In this document: one piece after another, positions 19,386-31,162 of the stretch
How the letters are laid out: the number at the start of each line of letters is the position of its first letter
Position numbering within the stretch: the stretch's first letter is position 1
Origin: an uncultured Bacteroidales bacterium
GTDB lineage: Bacteria; Bacteroidota; Bacteroidia; Bacteroidales; Bacteroidaceae
Direction of reading: 5' to 3'
Assembly: GCA_902760345.1 (NCBI GenBank)
Contig: CACWFY010000006.1
Span: 14,338 to 78,337, forward strand
DNA: 64,000 nucleotides
Made by a program: the position numbers and the translations under genes
The notes under the pieces: model-generated
The model's database searches: none
What the model saw: the letters and a program-made list of their open reading frames with translations, nothing else
Told to the model about the DNA's origin: nothing

Positions 19386-22300
19386 ATGAAACAAAAACAA
19401 CTCAAATTGTTTCTGGGATTATTCATGGCCTTGTTGGCTATGAGCCAGAACGCTTTGGCTGACTTCAAGGACTTTGCCGTCGATTTAACCAACGGCAACT
19501 TGCTGGAAGAAAGCGAAAAAGTACAATGGGGTACTATCAACGCTTTTGGAATAGCAGTAGATGCCGAAGGAAAAGTCAGTCGTGTAGCGGCTGATGCAGA
19601 AACTGCTGTTGCAGTCCTCAGCGGAAAATGGCATAGCGCTACATGCTGGGCCTCACTGAGTGTTACTGTAAAGGTTGACGGACCGGTAAAAGTAACTTGT
19701 GGCACACAGCCTTGGGACAACAAGGCCGTTACCATCATGAATGGAAGTGAAACAGTTGCTTCGTTTAGCAACAAAGGGACTTTGTGGACTTCAAGTGCAC
19801 CCGAAAATGTAGTATCAGGCTACTACAAAGGCGCAGAGGCAACAACACTGACTATTGACGGTGGCGGTTACCCTACTTATATTGCCATTGCAACTGCTAA
19901 TCCCTCAGAACTCAAAACTGAAGCGACCGTATCATTCGCACTTGGCGATGCTACTGGTATTGCACCAGCTTCTATCAAAGACGAAGTAGGTAAAAGTATT
20001 ACACTGCCAAAGAACTATACCATGTATGTTGAGGGCAAGACACTCACAGCATGGAGTGACGGCACGAACAGCTATGCTCCAGGTACAGAATTTGTTGTCC
20101 CGGAGGCAGATATCGAGCTCCAGCCAGTATTCACCGACAATACTGTATCTTTGACCGACCGCACAGAGCCTGTAACCTTAAAGTGGAATTTCCGTCGCGA
20201 CCTGGGTGCACCCATTGTTCAATGGCAGAATAGGAAAGGAGACGTTTGGGTTGCCCAGGCAGTAATAGGAGATAAGGCTATTGATGTCCCAATGACCGTC
20301 AACACGAATCCCGGCAAATTCAACAATGCCAACAACAACGACTGGATTCAAACAAATATTGGAACGTCCTTTACTATCCCTGCTTGCAAGGGGGCTACTG
20401 TCAGCATGGAAGGCTATGCCGAATTCAGCACAACAACCATTGATGGCCAAACAGACTACACGTCAGGTAAGACCGTCAATTATGAATTAGCAGGTAATTC
20501 AGAAACGATTGACATTGTCATTGGCACATCGCCTTCTAATAGCAACAAATCTGATTGCCAATACATGCGCTATATCCAGATTCTGCTTCCTGTAATCCAA
20601 AGTGCAGGCGGCGAATCTTTCGACAATGCTGACGCTTCTGTTGAATGGCCAATGCTTGATAATGGTAATGTAAGCCTTGAATCTAAGACTGTATCACCAG
20701 AATCAGCTATTTCCGTTGCTTCTCTTGAATACACACCTGCTGATGCAACTATTTCAACGGGGTCACGATCTAAAGATCCAGATAACGGATTAAAATTTGT
20801 AACTTTTAAGGGCAATAACGTAAAGCTACATTGGAATGTGAAACCTGCAAAAGGCCTGACTTTCACTCCTACTCAAATTAAAATGTACGTACAGCGTTTC
20901 GCAACCAACAAAGAGAATGGCGTTGTTGTATCAGCTAAAGTCGGCGACGGAGAAGAAACCTCATTGGGCACCTATACTGCACGACGTGCCAATTGGGATG
21001 ATGCCGAAGAAAAAAAACAATTCAAATGGGATGCAATACCTGCAACTCTTGTCAACGAAATTGTCATCGACCTGACTGCTGAACAACAGACAGCTCTTAC
21101 CTCTGGGGATGGCTTCGATTTATATGCAACTACAGGTCTTGCAGCCGACAAAGCAGGCGGTTTTTCCGATGTTCGCGTATATGGTAAGGTAAATGGTACT
21201 ATTGTTGATGTTGAAAAATATACACTCGCAACGATTGCTTCTCCAGAAGCTGGCGGTAGTGTAACGAAGTATCCAAATTCTGACGAGTACGAAGACGGCA
21301 CTGAGGTGACGCTCACCGCTACCGAAAACTTCGGCTACGACTTTGTAAACTGGACTAACGCTGCTGGCGAAGAGGTTTCAAAGGATGCTAAGTTCAAATA
21401 TACCGTTACTGCCAACGAGACTTTGACTGCAAACTTCAAGCAGGTAGAAACCTACGAGTTGAAATACTCTGTTGACGGAACCAACAGCTATATGGTAACT
21501 GTAAGTCCTGCTCCCACAGTCGTTGACGGTAAAAACATGTATGAGGCTGGTAGCACCGTTGTGCTTACAGCAAACGAGTATGAGGGTCTGGTAACCTTCA
21601 CCAACTGGAGCGATGGTGAAACTGGCAGCGAAAAGACCATCACGATGGATGAGAACAAGACGCTTACGGCAAACTACTCTGAAGCCGACATCATTGCCGG
21701 TTGGGACTTCTACAAGGCAGGCAATAACGGCCGCGTAGCCGACTTCGCCAGCGATGATAATACCGCTGCAGCTCTTAGCCTCGTCAAGACTGCCGACGGC
21801 ACTACTGCTGGCTGGCTGGACAAGAGCACTGAGAAAGGCGGTGGCTATGAGAGCTTCAAGGGTGCTGCCGTTAGCTGGCAGAGCACTCCTGGTACCCACC
21901 ACTGGCAGACCAAGATTAATGCCGAGGCCTTCAAAGACATCAAGGTTCAGTTCCAGATGCTCTACAACTACAACGCTTATCCAACCTACAACGCCGAGTA
22001 TTCACTCGATGGTGAGGAATGGACTAAGTTTGGCGACATCACAATGGTGGGTGCCAAAGCTGTAGCCTCGTTCAGCGGAACGCTGCCCGCTGCAGCCAAC
22101 AACCAGAGCGATCTGTACATCCGCATGATTGCCGACAAGACAAAGGAAGTAGTAGGAACAGCAGGCAACGATGGTATTACGCTGGCTATGTTCTTCATTA
22201 CCGGTACGCAGCAGGCTGCTTACGACGAAGTGGCTCCTGCCCTCGTTTCATCAGTTCCTGCCAACAATGCTACAGGTGCTTCTGCAAACGGTAAGATTGT

Positions 22301-23990
22301 GCTGAACTTCAATAAGAAAGTGCAACTGGCCGAAGGTACAAAGGCAACCTTAGGCGAGCAGGAACTGACACCTGCCGTCAGCGGCAAAACCATTACATTC
22401 CAATATAAGGGTCTGGAATATGAAACCGCTTACACCTTCACTTTGCCAGCCAACAGCGTAAAGAACCTGTCGGATGTTGTACTCGAAGAGGCTATCACCA
22501 TCAACTTCACAACGATGGCCCGTCCTACGGTGACAAAGGGTGAATACGACGCTGTCGTTGCTACTGCTGACGAACTGTTAGCCGCTATCACCGCAGCCAA
22601 CAGCCGCAGCGACCAGAACACCCGCTTCCGCATCTTCATCAAGAAGGGCAACTATACCATTCCCCTCTATGGAACCACGAAGAGCGTCAACGGCTACGAT
22701 GTCAAGGAGTGTATCACCTTCATCACGGGTAAGAACATCTCGTTCATTGGTGAAGACCGAGACGAAGTCATCATCACCAACGGAATTGACAAGAACGAAA
22801 CTTTCGCTGGCACCTATGGCACAACATCGAAATACGATGGTATCGGCAACAGCGATGTCTTCCTGATTAGTAACAATGCCAGCGGACTCTATTGGCAGGA
22901 TCTGACCGTTGAAACCGGTATGGAAGACGGAACCGGTCGCGATATCGCCATCCAAGACAAGGGTACGAAGAACATCTACAAGAATGTTGCCTTGAGGGGT
23001 TACCAGGACACCTGGACTTCAAACAACGACAATGGCTTGTACTACTTCGAGGGTGGTTACCTACGCGGACGCACCGACTTTATGTGCGGTAAAGGTGACA
23101 TCTACTTTAATGAAGTGGAGCTGCGCCAGATTCAGGGAGGTTACGCTGCCGTACCTTCAAAGCCCGCTAAGATTGGTTGGGTGTTCAAAGATTGCACTAT
23201 CAACGGCGAGGCTTCACCTGCCGTGAAGGACGATAAAGGAAATATTATTCCTGCAGAAAAGGTTGACGGCAACTACACCCTCGGCCGTCCATGGGGTAAG
23301 GGCACTCCTACAGCCTACTTCATCGACACGAAGATGAACGTCATCCCTTCAGCTATCGGTTGGAGCGAGATGAGCGGCGGTTTCCCGAAGCAATTTGCTG
23401 AGTACAACTCCACCACGAAGACCGGTGCCGTCATAGGCCTGAGCGAACGTAAGAACACCTTCGATGCCTACGACGAGAAAAAGGAAGTCACCAACGAAAC
23501 GACTGGAGAGAAGGAGACTGTCTATATCAACCGCCGCAACGAAACCAACGTTCCCGTGCTTACCGCCGAAGAGGCTGCTACCTACAGCGACAAGAGTCTG
23601 ATGTTCGGTGATTGGGATCCGACACTGGCTACCGAGCAAGCTCCCGTTCCGACGAATGTAAAGATTGACGGTACGAAGCTGGCATGGGACGACAGCAACT
23701 ATGCACTGTTGTTTGCCATTGTCAAAGACGGTCAGGTAATCGCCTTTACGACAGAAGCCGAGTATGACGTTGATGATGCTTCGGCAGAATATCGAGTACG
23801 TGCTGCCAACGAAATGGGTGGCATGAGCGAAGTTTCTGAAGTTGCTATTCCTGGTACTGTTGGCATCAACAACGTAAAGACAGCAGTCAACAACGTAAAT
23901 GGCGAAATCTACAACCTCTCTGGCCAGCGTGTCAACAAGGCTACGAAGGGTCTGTACATCGTCAATGGCAAGAAAATGATTCTTAAGTAA
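19386..23990 (+). CDS. large multidomain pectin methylesterase (CE8) with InlB-B/Ig-like modules and T9SS-type C-terminal signal
   Basis: C-terminal CE8 motifs IFIKKGNY, GYQDTW, YFEGGYLRGRTDFMCG, YTLGRPWG; EVTLTATENFGYDFVNWT-type repeats; APALVSSVPANNATG Big-like domain; terminal VGI..IYNLSGQRV..KGLYIVNGKK. Confidence 0.9.
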   Translation: MKQKQLKLFLGLFMALLAMSQNALADFKDFAVDLTNGNLLEESEKVQWGTINAFGIAVDAEGKVSRVAADAETAVAVLSGKWHSATCWASLSVTVKVDGPVKVTCGTQPWDNKAVTIMNGSETVASFSNKGTLWTSSAPENVVSGYYKGAEATTLTIDGGGYPTYIAIATANPSELKTEATVSFALGDATGIAPASIKDEVGKSITLPKNYTMYVEGKTLTAWSDGTNSYAPGTEFVVPEADIELQPVFTDNTVSLTDRTEPVTLKWNFRRDLGAPIVQWQNRKGDVWVAQAVIGDKAIDVPMTVNTNPGKFNNANNNDWIQTNIGTSFTIPACKGATVSMEGYAEFSTTTIDGQTDYTSGKTVNYELAGNSETIDIVIGTSPSNSNKSDCQYMRYIQILLPVIQSAGGESFDNADASVEWPMLDNGNVSLESKTVSPESAISVASLEYTPADATISTGSRSKDPDNGLKFVTFKGNNVKLHWNVKPAKGLTFTPTQIKMYVQRFATNKENGVVVSAKVGDGEETSLGTYTARRANWDDAEEKKQFKWDAIPATLVNEIVIDLTAEQQTALTSGDGFDLYATTGLAADKAGGFSDVRVYGKVNGTIVDVEKYTLATIASPEAGGSVTKYPNSDEYEDGTEVTLTATENFGYDFVNWTNAAGEEVSKDAKFKYTVTANETLTANFKQVETYELKYSVDGTNSYMVTVSPAPTVVDGKNMYEAGSTVVLTANEYEGLVTFTNWSDGETGSEKTITMDENKTLTANYSEADIIAGWDFYKAGNNGRVADFASDDNTAAALSLVKTADGTTAGWLDKSTEKGGGYESFKGAAVSWQSTPGTHHWQTKINAEAFKDIKVQFQMLYNYNAYPTYNAEYSLDGEEWTKFGDITMVGAKAVASFSGTLPAAANNQSDLYIRMIADKTKEVVGTAGNDGITLAMFFITGTQQAAYDEVAPALVSSVPANNATGASANGKIVLNFNKKVQLAEGTKATLGEQELTPAVSGKTITFQYKGLEYETAYTFTLPANSVKNLSDVVLEEAITINFTTMARPTVTKGEYDAVVATADELLAAITAANSRSDQNTRFRIFIKKGNYTIPLYGTTKSVNGYDVKECITFITGKNISFIGEDRDEVIITNGIDKNETFAGTYGTTSKYDGIGNSDVFLISNNASGLYWQDLTVETGMEDGTGRDIAIQDKGTKNIYKNVALRGYQDTWTSNNDNGLYYFEGGYLRGRTDFMCGKGDIYFNEVELRQIQGGYAAVPSKPAKIGWVFKDCTINGEASPAVKDDKGNIIPAEKVDGNYTLGRPWGKGTPTAYFIDTKMNVIPSAIGWSEMSGGFPKQFAEYNSTTKTGAVIGLSERKNTFDAYDEKKEVTNETTGEKETVYINRRNETNVPVLTAEEAATYSDKSLMFGDWDPTLATEQAPVPTNVKIDGTKLAWDDSNYALLFAIVKDGQVIAFTTEAEYDVDDASAEYRVRAANEMGGMSEVSEVAIPGTVGINNVKTAVNNVNGEIYNLSGQRVNKATKGLYIVNGKKMILK

Positions 23991-24008
23991 TCGCGTACCT
24001 TTTTATAT

Positions 24009-24047
24009 ATAGAGCGGACAGCCCCAGTGGTTGTCCGCTCTATTTTT
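24009..24047 (+). terminator. intrinsic terminator after the CE8 gene
   Basis: atagagcggaca/tgtccgctctat stem plus T tract. Confidence 0.85.
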
Positions 24048-24121
24048 CTTCAATTTTTCGTACGTCTCTGAGAGTATATCAAAAAAAATGTGTATATTTG
24101 CAGCATTATTACCGACCGTGA

Positions 24122-25393
<1,272 letters not shown>

Positions 25394-25410
25394 CAGATAA
25401 GGCGGAAAGA

Positions 25411-25476
25411 CGTAAACGTTTACGCAAGGAATTGTAAATAAAACTTTGGCTGTGTTAAGAGATATTACTACTTTTG
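25411..25476 (+). promoter_or_regulatory. perfect palindromic operator plus promoter of the first susC
   Basis: CGTAAACGTTTACG (25411-25424); TTTG 25445-25448; TACTTTTG 25469-25476. Confidence 0.8.
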
Positions 25477-25530
25477 CATCATAATATTATCTAATCATTT
25501 TAACTACTTTAATTTAAAACTACTAATTTT

Positions 25531-28500
25531 ATGTCATTCAACATGAAGAGTATGCGTAGTGTGCTGGTGCTGGCATTCCTGCTGTTTGTAGGTAGCCTCA
25601 GTGCACAGACCGTAAAGGTCACCGTGAAAGACTCTCAGGGCGAGGCAGTTATCGGCGCCAGCGTTATCGAACAAGGTACGCGCAACGGCGGTGTGACCGA
25701 CTTCGACGGAATCTTCACTATCAAGTTAACGGCTGGAAAGCCTATCGTCGTCAGCTACATCGGCATGAAGGCTAAGACCATCAATGCCAAGAGCGACGTA
25801 ACGGTTGTACTGGAAGACGACGCCACCACACTGCAAGAGGTGGTAGCCATCGGTTACGGTACGATGAAGCGTAAGGACCTGACGGGTTCTGTATCGTCAG
25901 TAACTGGTGAAAAGCTGGCTGGTGTACCTGTTTCGAACGTTGCTGAAGCCCTGCAGGGTAAGCTCTCGGGTGTAAACGTCATCGCACAGGACGGTCGACC
26001 AGGAGCCACGATGTCTATCCGCGTTCGTGGTGGCGGTTCTATCACCCAGTCAAACGAGCCTCTGTACATCGTTGACGGTATTGCCGTCAGCGGCATTGAC
26101 GACATCCCAGCAGACCAGATTGAGTCAATCGACGTACTGAAGGACGCCTCGTCAACAGCTATCTATGGTGCACGCGGTGCCAACGGTGTTATCCTCGTGA
26201 CTACCAAGAGTGCTAGGGAAGGTAAGGCTCAGATAAAGTACAACATGTACTATCAGATTAAGGCTAAGCCCAAAGTGCTTGAGCAGCAGAGTGCCTACGA
26301 CTACGTCCGCAATTCATGGGAGTACATGACGGCTGTTGGAAAGGGTAACTTGGGCCGCTACTATGGGCTCGGTTCAGCTAACGGCAACCATCTGGAGGAG
26401 TATCACAACGTCTCTGGCCACAACTATATGGAAGACTTGTTTGAGACTGGCCACATGTGGAATCACGATCTTTCTATAAGCGGTGGTAATGACAAGACCA
26501 AGTACTTTGCAGGCGTCAACTTCAGCGACGATGCCGCCACGATGAAGAAGACGGGCTTCACCCGCTGGAGCGTTAACCTGAAGTTGCAACAGAAGATTAC
26601 GAAAGACCTAACTCTGAACATCGACACCCGTTATGGTGAGTCGAAGACAGAGTTGAATAAGTTCTTCCAGAACACCCACAACAACACCTTTGTATATCCT
26701 TGGATGTTCAACATGATTGACAACCCACTGGGTAACGGTGCCAAGACCGACTTCGGCGAGGGTAACCTCTTTGCTGAAGATCAGTACAACCCTCTAGCAG
26801 TAGTTGATGACAACAGCTACCTGCGCAGGAGACAGCGCATCCGCTTGAACACCGCTCTGACTTGGAATATTATCAGCGGACTGACTGCCAAGACAGAACT
26901 CGGTGTATCGCGCAACTGGTCAAAGACAGAGACCTGGGCTGGTCCTAACACTGGCCGCGACCTCGTATCGGAGGCTAAGCTGGCTCAGGGCGATGGCTAC
27001 AACGTATCATGGACGAATACGTTGAACTACGACTTCGCAGACCTGTTGAAGAGCGAAGACCACTCACTGAACGTACTGGTTGGTAACGAGATACTGGGCA
27101 GCCGCTCGAACACTTCTACCATCACTGGTACACAGTATCCAACCTCATGGGACAAGGAGACGGCCTTTGGTCAGATTCAGATGGCCCAGGACCGCAATAA
27201 GAGTAACTTCACCAACAACATTGGTGTTTCATCTCACACATTGTCATGGTTCGGCCGCGTCAACTACAACCTATTGGGTCGCTATATGTTCACTTTCACC
27301 ATGCGTGCTGACGGTTCTTCTAAGTTTGCTGACGGCAAGCGCTGGGGTTACTTCCCTGCAGGTGCTATCGCATGGCGTATCTCCGACGAGCCGTTCCTGA
27401 AGGGAACCCAGAAGTGGCTGGACAACTTAAAGCTCCGCCTCTCTATCGGTACCTCTGGTAACGATGGCATCGACGCATCGGCCTTCATTGACGCATGGAC
27501 CTCTACCCAGAACAAAACCGACGGTATGTACGGATACTCACTTGGTAACATCAAGGGTAATCCCGATCTGACCTGGGAGAAAACCATCTCTCGTAACATC
27601 GGTTTGGACTACAGCGTCCTCAATGGTAAGTTCAACGGTTCTATCGACCTCTACTGGAACACCACGAAAGACTGTCTGATGCTGATTCCTATCAACTCGA
27701 ACAGTGGTTTCGACTTTCAGTTCCAGAATGCCGCCAAGACCTCTAACAAGGGTATTGAGTTCGCATTCAACTACAACATTATCCGCAAGGCGGACTTCGA
27801 TCTGAATTTTGGTGTAACCTACAACTACAACGTTAACAAGGTAGAGAGCGTTCCTGCTGATGCCAACATGAACGGTTCGATGAGCTTTGCCTCAACATCA
27901 ATGAACCCCCAGAAGCCATACGTCATCCGCGAGGGTGAGCCTGTCGGTTTGATTATGGGTTACAAGTCTGCTGGTTTCTATACCGTTGACGACTTCGACG
28001 ATCCTGCCCTCCATGACGGTCAGTGGATACTGAAAGAAGGAGTTCCCGATTGTAACGTCTCGACCTATACCCACCAGTACAAGCTTGACACCAAGACCAA
28101 GCGTTCGGACACCAAGGCTGTTCAAAATGCATTCCCTGGCATGCCTAAGTATGAGGATACCAACGGCGATGGTATGATTAACAGCGACGATGCCACCATC
28201 ATCGGCCGTATGGCTCCGAAGCATACCGGTGGATTCAACTTCAGCGGTCGCTACAAAGCCTTCGACTTCAACGCCAACTTCGCTTATCAGCTCGATGGCA
28301 AGGTATTCAATGCCAATGTTGCACGCAGCATACACAGCGGTAACGTAGACAAGTGGTCAGCCATGAGCCGTCTAAAGACTGATCTTGACAACCAATGGCG
28401 CATGTACGATATCGATGCCAATGGTGACTTGGTATTCGTTACAGATCCTGATGCTCTGCGCGCACTCAACGCCAATGCTCAATATGGTGTGCTGAGTTAT

Positions 28501-28809
28501 GGCAAGAACGACGCTCCTGTGGTCAGCGATGACTATATCGAGAATGCTGCATTCTTGCGTCTGCAGTCAGTAACCATCGGCTACACCCTGCCTAAGAACC
28601 TGACCCAGAAGATTGGTATCAGCAACGCACGCATCTACTTCACCGGTGGTAACTTGTTCTGCATCACAGGCTACAAAGGTCTTGACCCAGACGTCAACAC
28701 CGATGGTTCAATGGACGCTAGCTACTCTGGTTTCCCAACGCCCGGATTCGACTACAACTCTTATCCGCGTAGCCGTACCTATACCTTTGGTATGAATGTT
28801 ACTTTCTAA
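25531..28809 (+). CDS. SusC/RagA-family TonB-dependent transporter
   Basis: IDVLKDASSTAIYGARGANGVILVTTK plug signature, RADGSSKF, NPDLTWEK, terminal YPRSRTYTFGMNVTF. Confidence 0.97.
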   Translation: MSFNMKSMRSVLVLAFLLFVGSLSAQTVKVTVKDSQGEAVIGASVIEQGTRNGGVTDFDGIFTIKLTAGKPIVVSYIGMKAKTINAKSDVTVVLEDDATTLQEVVAIGYGTMKRKDLTGSVSSVTGEKLAGVPVSNVAEALQGKLSGVNVIAQDGRPGATMSIRVRGGGSITQSNEPLYIVDGIAVSGIDDIPADQIESIDVLKDASSTAIYGARGANGVILVTTKSAREGKAQIKYNMYYQIKAKPKVLEQQSAYDYVRNSWEYMTAVGKGNLGRYYGLGSANGNHLEEYHNVSGHNYMEDLFETGHMWNHDLSISGGNDKTKYFAGVNFSDDAATMKKTGFTRWSVNLKLQQKITKDLTLNIDTRYGESKTELNKFFQNTHNNTFVYPWMFNMIDNPLGNGAKTDFGEGNLFAEDQYNPLAVVDDNSYLRRRQRIRLNTALTWNIISGLTAKTELGVSRNWSKTETWAGPNTGRDLVSEAKLAQGDGYNVSWTNTLNYDFADLLKSEDHSLNVLVGNEILGSRSNTSTITGTQYPTSWDKETAFGQIQMAQDRNKSNFTNNIGVSSHTLSWFGRVNYNLLGRYMFTFTMRADGSSKFADGKRWGYFPAGAIAWRISDEPFLKGTQKWLDNLKLRLSIGTSGNDGIDASAFIDAWTSTQNKTDGMYGYSLGNIKGNPDLTWEKTISRNIGLDYSVLNGKFNGSIDLYWNTTKDCLMLIPINSNSGFDFQFQNAAKTSNKGIEFAFNYNIIRKADFDLNFGVTYNYNVNKVESVPADANMNGSMSFASTSMNPQKPYVIREGEPVGLIMGYKSAGFYTVDDFDDPALHDGQWILKEGVPDCNVSTYTHQYKLDTKTKRSDTKAVQNAFPGMPKYEDTNGDGMINSDDATIIGRMAPKHTGGFNFSGRYKAFDFNANFAYQLDGKVFNANVARSIHSGNVDKWSAMSRLKTDLDNQWRMYDIDANGDLVFVTDPDALRALNANAQYGVLSYGKNDAPVVSDDYIENAAFLRLQSVTIGYTLPKNLTQKIGISNARIYFTGGNLFCITGYKGLDPDVNTDGSMDASYSGFPTPGFDYNSYPRSRTYTFGMNVTF

Positions 28810-28839
28810 TACTTTCGAATACTATCAGCAATACTTAAA

Positions 28840-30969
28840 ATGATTATAACAATGAGAAACAAGATATTAAGTATCGCACTTTGTACTGCAGGCATGATTG
28901 CTGTAAGTTCTTGTAGCGACTACCTTGAGACAAGTTCTCCATCGACCATCACATCAGAAGTGGCTGCAGCATCACTGTCAGGCTGTCAGACCACACTGGA
29001 TGGTGCCTATACAAACTTCCATGCGGTTCTTAGAGACCAAATCTTTGCCAATGGTTTGTTCTACACGCTTGACGCTGCCGGCTCAGACATCGAGCGTCAC
29101 GGCGGTGAGCAGAATGTAGGCCGTCTGCGCGCTGAGACATTCTACAATGGTGGTAACAGCGAGATTCTGTCTAACTTCTCTGTAGAGACCGACCTGGGTA
29201 CTTCTGATGCAAAGACAGCTTACTCGCTGCTTTACCGCATCATCTCTACGATGAATGTACTCATCAACGGTATCACTGAAGACAAGATGGCCGACAACAA
29301 CCAGGGCGCAGAATACAAGAGTGTGTTAGCCCAAGCTATTCTCATGCGAGCTACCTGCTATCGCGAGCTCATCAAGTACTATGGTGACGTATTCCTCATC
29401 CACTCTTCAAGTGACGGAGTTGTTCCGTTCAGTTCCCGTCTGGACATCTATGACGAGCTGATTGAGCAGGTGAACAAGATAAAGGATAACGCTCCTGAGC
29501 TGACCAATGCCAACAAGAACAAGTTCACCCGTCAGTATGCCTATGCCCTGCTGGGCCGTCTCGCCATGGAGGCTGGTAGCTATCAAACTTATCGCCTGGA
29601 TGTAACACCCGACACCCGTTTGGAGCGTCATCCTGACTACACCGATATCAATGGTGCTGCTTATGCCCGTTCTAAGGATTACAAGAAGTACTACGATACT
29701 GCCTACGACGCACTGAAGTGGGTAGCAGAGAATCCTGGAACTGCTACGTTCGATGCCAACGACTACTCGACTTTCTTCACTGAGATGCACGCCATTGACG
29801 GTGGTTTTGCCAGTGAATCCATCTTTGAGGATGAAAACGTACAGAATGGTGGTGAGAACAGTGAGCGTCCTTACGCTATCGGTCGCCCTGCTACCAGTTC
29901 GAACAAGTATGGTGTCTGCAAGTCATACGGTCAGTGCCGCATCAACCCCGCTTTCTACTATGGTATCTTCGATCCTAAGGACAAGCGTCGCGACATCTCA
30001 TGTGTAGTAACTGGTTCGTATCTGGCTGCTAAGAGCCAGCGCTCTGACTTGAAGGACTACGACGGTAAGGGCTGCTGCTACGAGGTCATCCTCGGTTTCG
30101 AGATGAAGACTGCTGCCGACGGTGCTGGTATCGCCTGCGGTAAGTGGGACGAGAACCGTCAGGTAAAACCCTATATCACTGCTCAGCGTCGTTCAGGTAT
30201 CAATCATCCCTATCTGCGTCTCTCTGAAATCTATCTCGCATTGGCTGAGGCTTCCCTGCTGAAGAGCACTGTCGACCAAACAACTGCCGACCAGTACTAC
30301 AACAAGACGCACCAGCGTGCCGGTCTGGGCACCAAGAGCGGTGTCACACTGGAGGATGTTGTCGACGAGCGTGGCTTCGAATATGCTGGTGAAGGTGACC
30401 GTCGTTGGACACTGATTCGTACCGGCTTCATTGGCAAGAAAGTGAAAGCTGTCAAGGAGTTGACCAAGAAGATGATTGATGGTCTGAAGGCCAATGGCTA
30501 CTACACCTTCGCCAACAACAATACTATTGGTAACTACATCTACTACAAGGGTGTAGACCCCACATCTGCTGCCATGGGTAGCCAGGCTTCTCGTGTGACC
30601 GGTCCGACACCTGATGCCATGCTGGTGGGTGGCTACGAGCCTACTAACGACATCGAGGCAATGCAGTTCCCTGGTTGGCGTGGTCAGCATGACTGGGATT
30701 TATACAAGACTTACAAAAACGGCAAATTCCCTAACAGCAACATCGCCATCAAGGGCCTGTTCACCAACATCTCCACTACTCCCGAGGGTTACACTCAGAA
30801 GGAATGGGGTAAGAAACTGGTGGAAGTTGAAGAGTCGAACGGTTTCTATTACGAGGATCTCTTCAAGGGCTGGGACTTCAAGTCTGCTCCTATCTATCTC
30901 GTTCCCCTGTCACAAAACCACTTGATTGGTGGCTTCACCAACGGTTACGGCTTCAGAAGCACATTCTGA
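28840..30969 (+). CDS. SusD/RagB-family glycan-binding lipoprotein
   Basis: Lipobox VSSC-SDYL, RATCYRELIKYYGDV, YLRLSEIYLALAEA, ERGFEYAGEGDRRWTLIR; directly after susC. Confidence 0.93.
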   Translation: MIITMRNKILSIALCTAGMIAVSSCSDYLETSSPSTITSEVAAASLSGCQTTLDGAYTNFHAVLRDQIFANGLFYTLDAAGSDIERHGGEQNVGRLRAETFYNGGNSEILSNFSVETDLGTSDAKTAYSLLYRIISTMNVLINGITEDKMADNNQGAEYKSVLAQAILMRATCYRELIKYYGDVFLIHSSSDGVVPFSSRLDIYDELIEQVNKIKDNAPELTNANKNKFTRQYAYALLGRLAMEAGSYQTYRLDVTPDTRLERHPDYTDINGAAYARSKDYKKYYDTAYDALKWVAENPGTATFDANDYSTFFTEMHAIDGGFASESIFEDENVQNGGENSERPYAIGRPATSSNKYGVCKSYGQCRINPAFYYGIFDPKDKRRDISCVVTGSYLAAKSQRSDLKDYDGKGCCYEVILGFEMKTAADGAGIACGKWDENRQVKPYITAQRRSGINHPYLRLSEIYLALAEASLLKSTVDQTTADQYYNKTHQRAGLGTKSGVTLEDVVDERGFEYAGEGDRRWTLIRTGFIGKKVKAVKELTKKMIDGLKANGYYTFANNNTIGNYIYYKGVDPTSAAMGSQASRVTGPTPDAMLVGGYEPTNDIEAMQFPGWRGQHDWDLYKTYKNGKFPNSNIAIKGLFTNISTTPEGYTQKEWGKKLVEVEESNGFYYEDLFKGWDFKSAPIYLVPLSQNHLIGGFTNGYGFRSTF

Positions 30970-30991
30970 TTGACAATCACTCTAAATAATC

Positions 30992-31020
30992 AAAAGGACA
31001 TCCCGAAGGGTGTCCTTTTT
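30992..31020 (+). terminator. intrinsic terminator after the first susD
   Basis: aaaaggacatcc-cgaa-gggtgtccttttt. Confidence 0.85.
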
Positions 31021-31052
31021 ACGTTTCTATAAAATGTCTGCCGTACACCCAT

Positions 31053-31116
31053 ACAATCGTTTGCGGAAAAAATCAACAGATAATTTTGTAGTATTAAGAA
31101 TAATTTGCTATCTTTG
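31053..31116 (+). promoter_or_regulatory. operator candidate plus promoter of the second susC
   Basis: ACAATCGTTTGC (31053-31064); TTTG 31085-31088; TATCTTTG 31109-31116. Confidence 0.65.
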
Positions 31117-31162
31117 CAACCAAATAACATTTATTATTTATTAATTAAACTACTAATTATCT

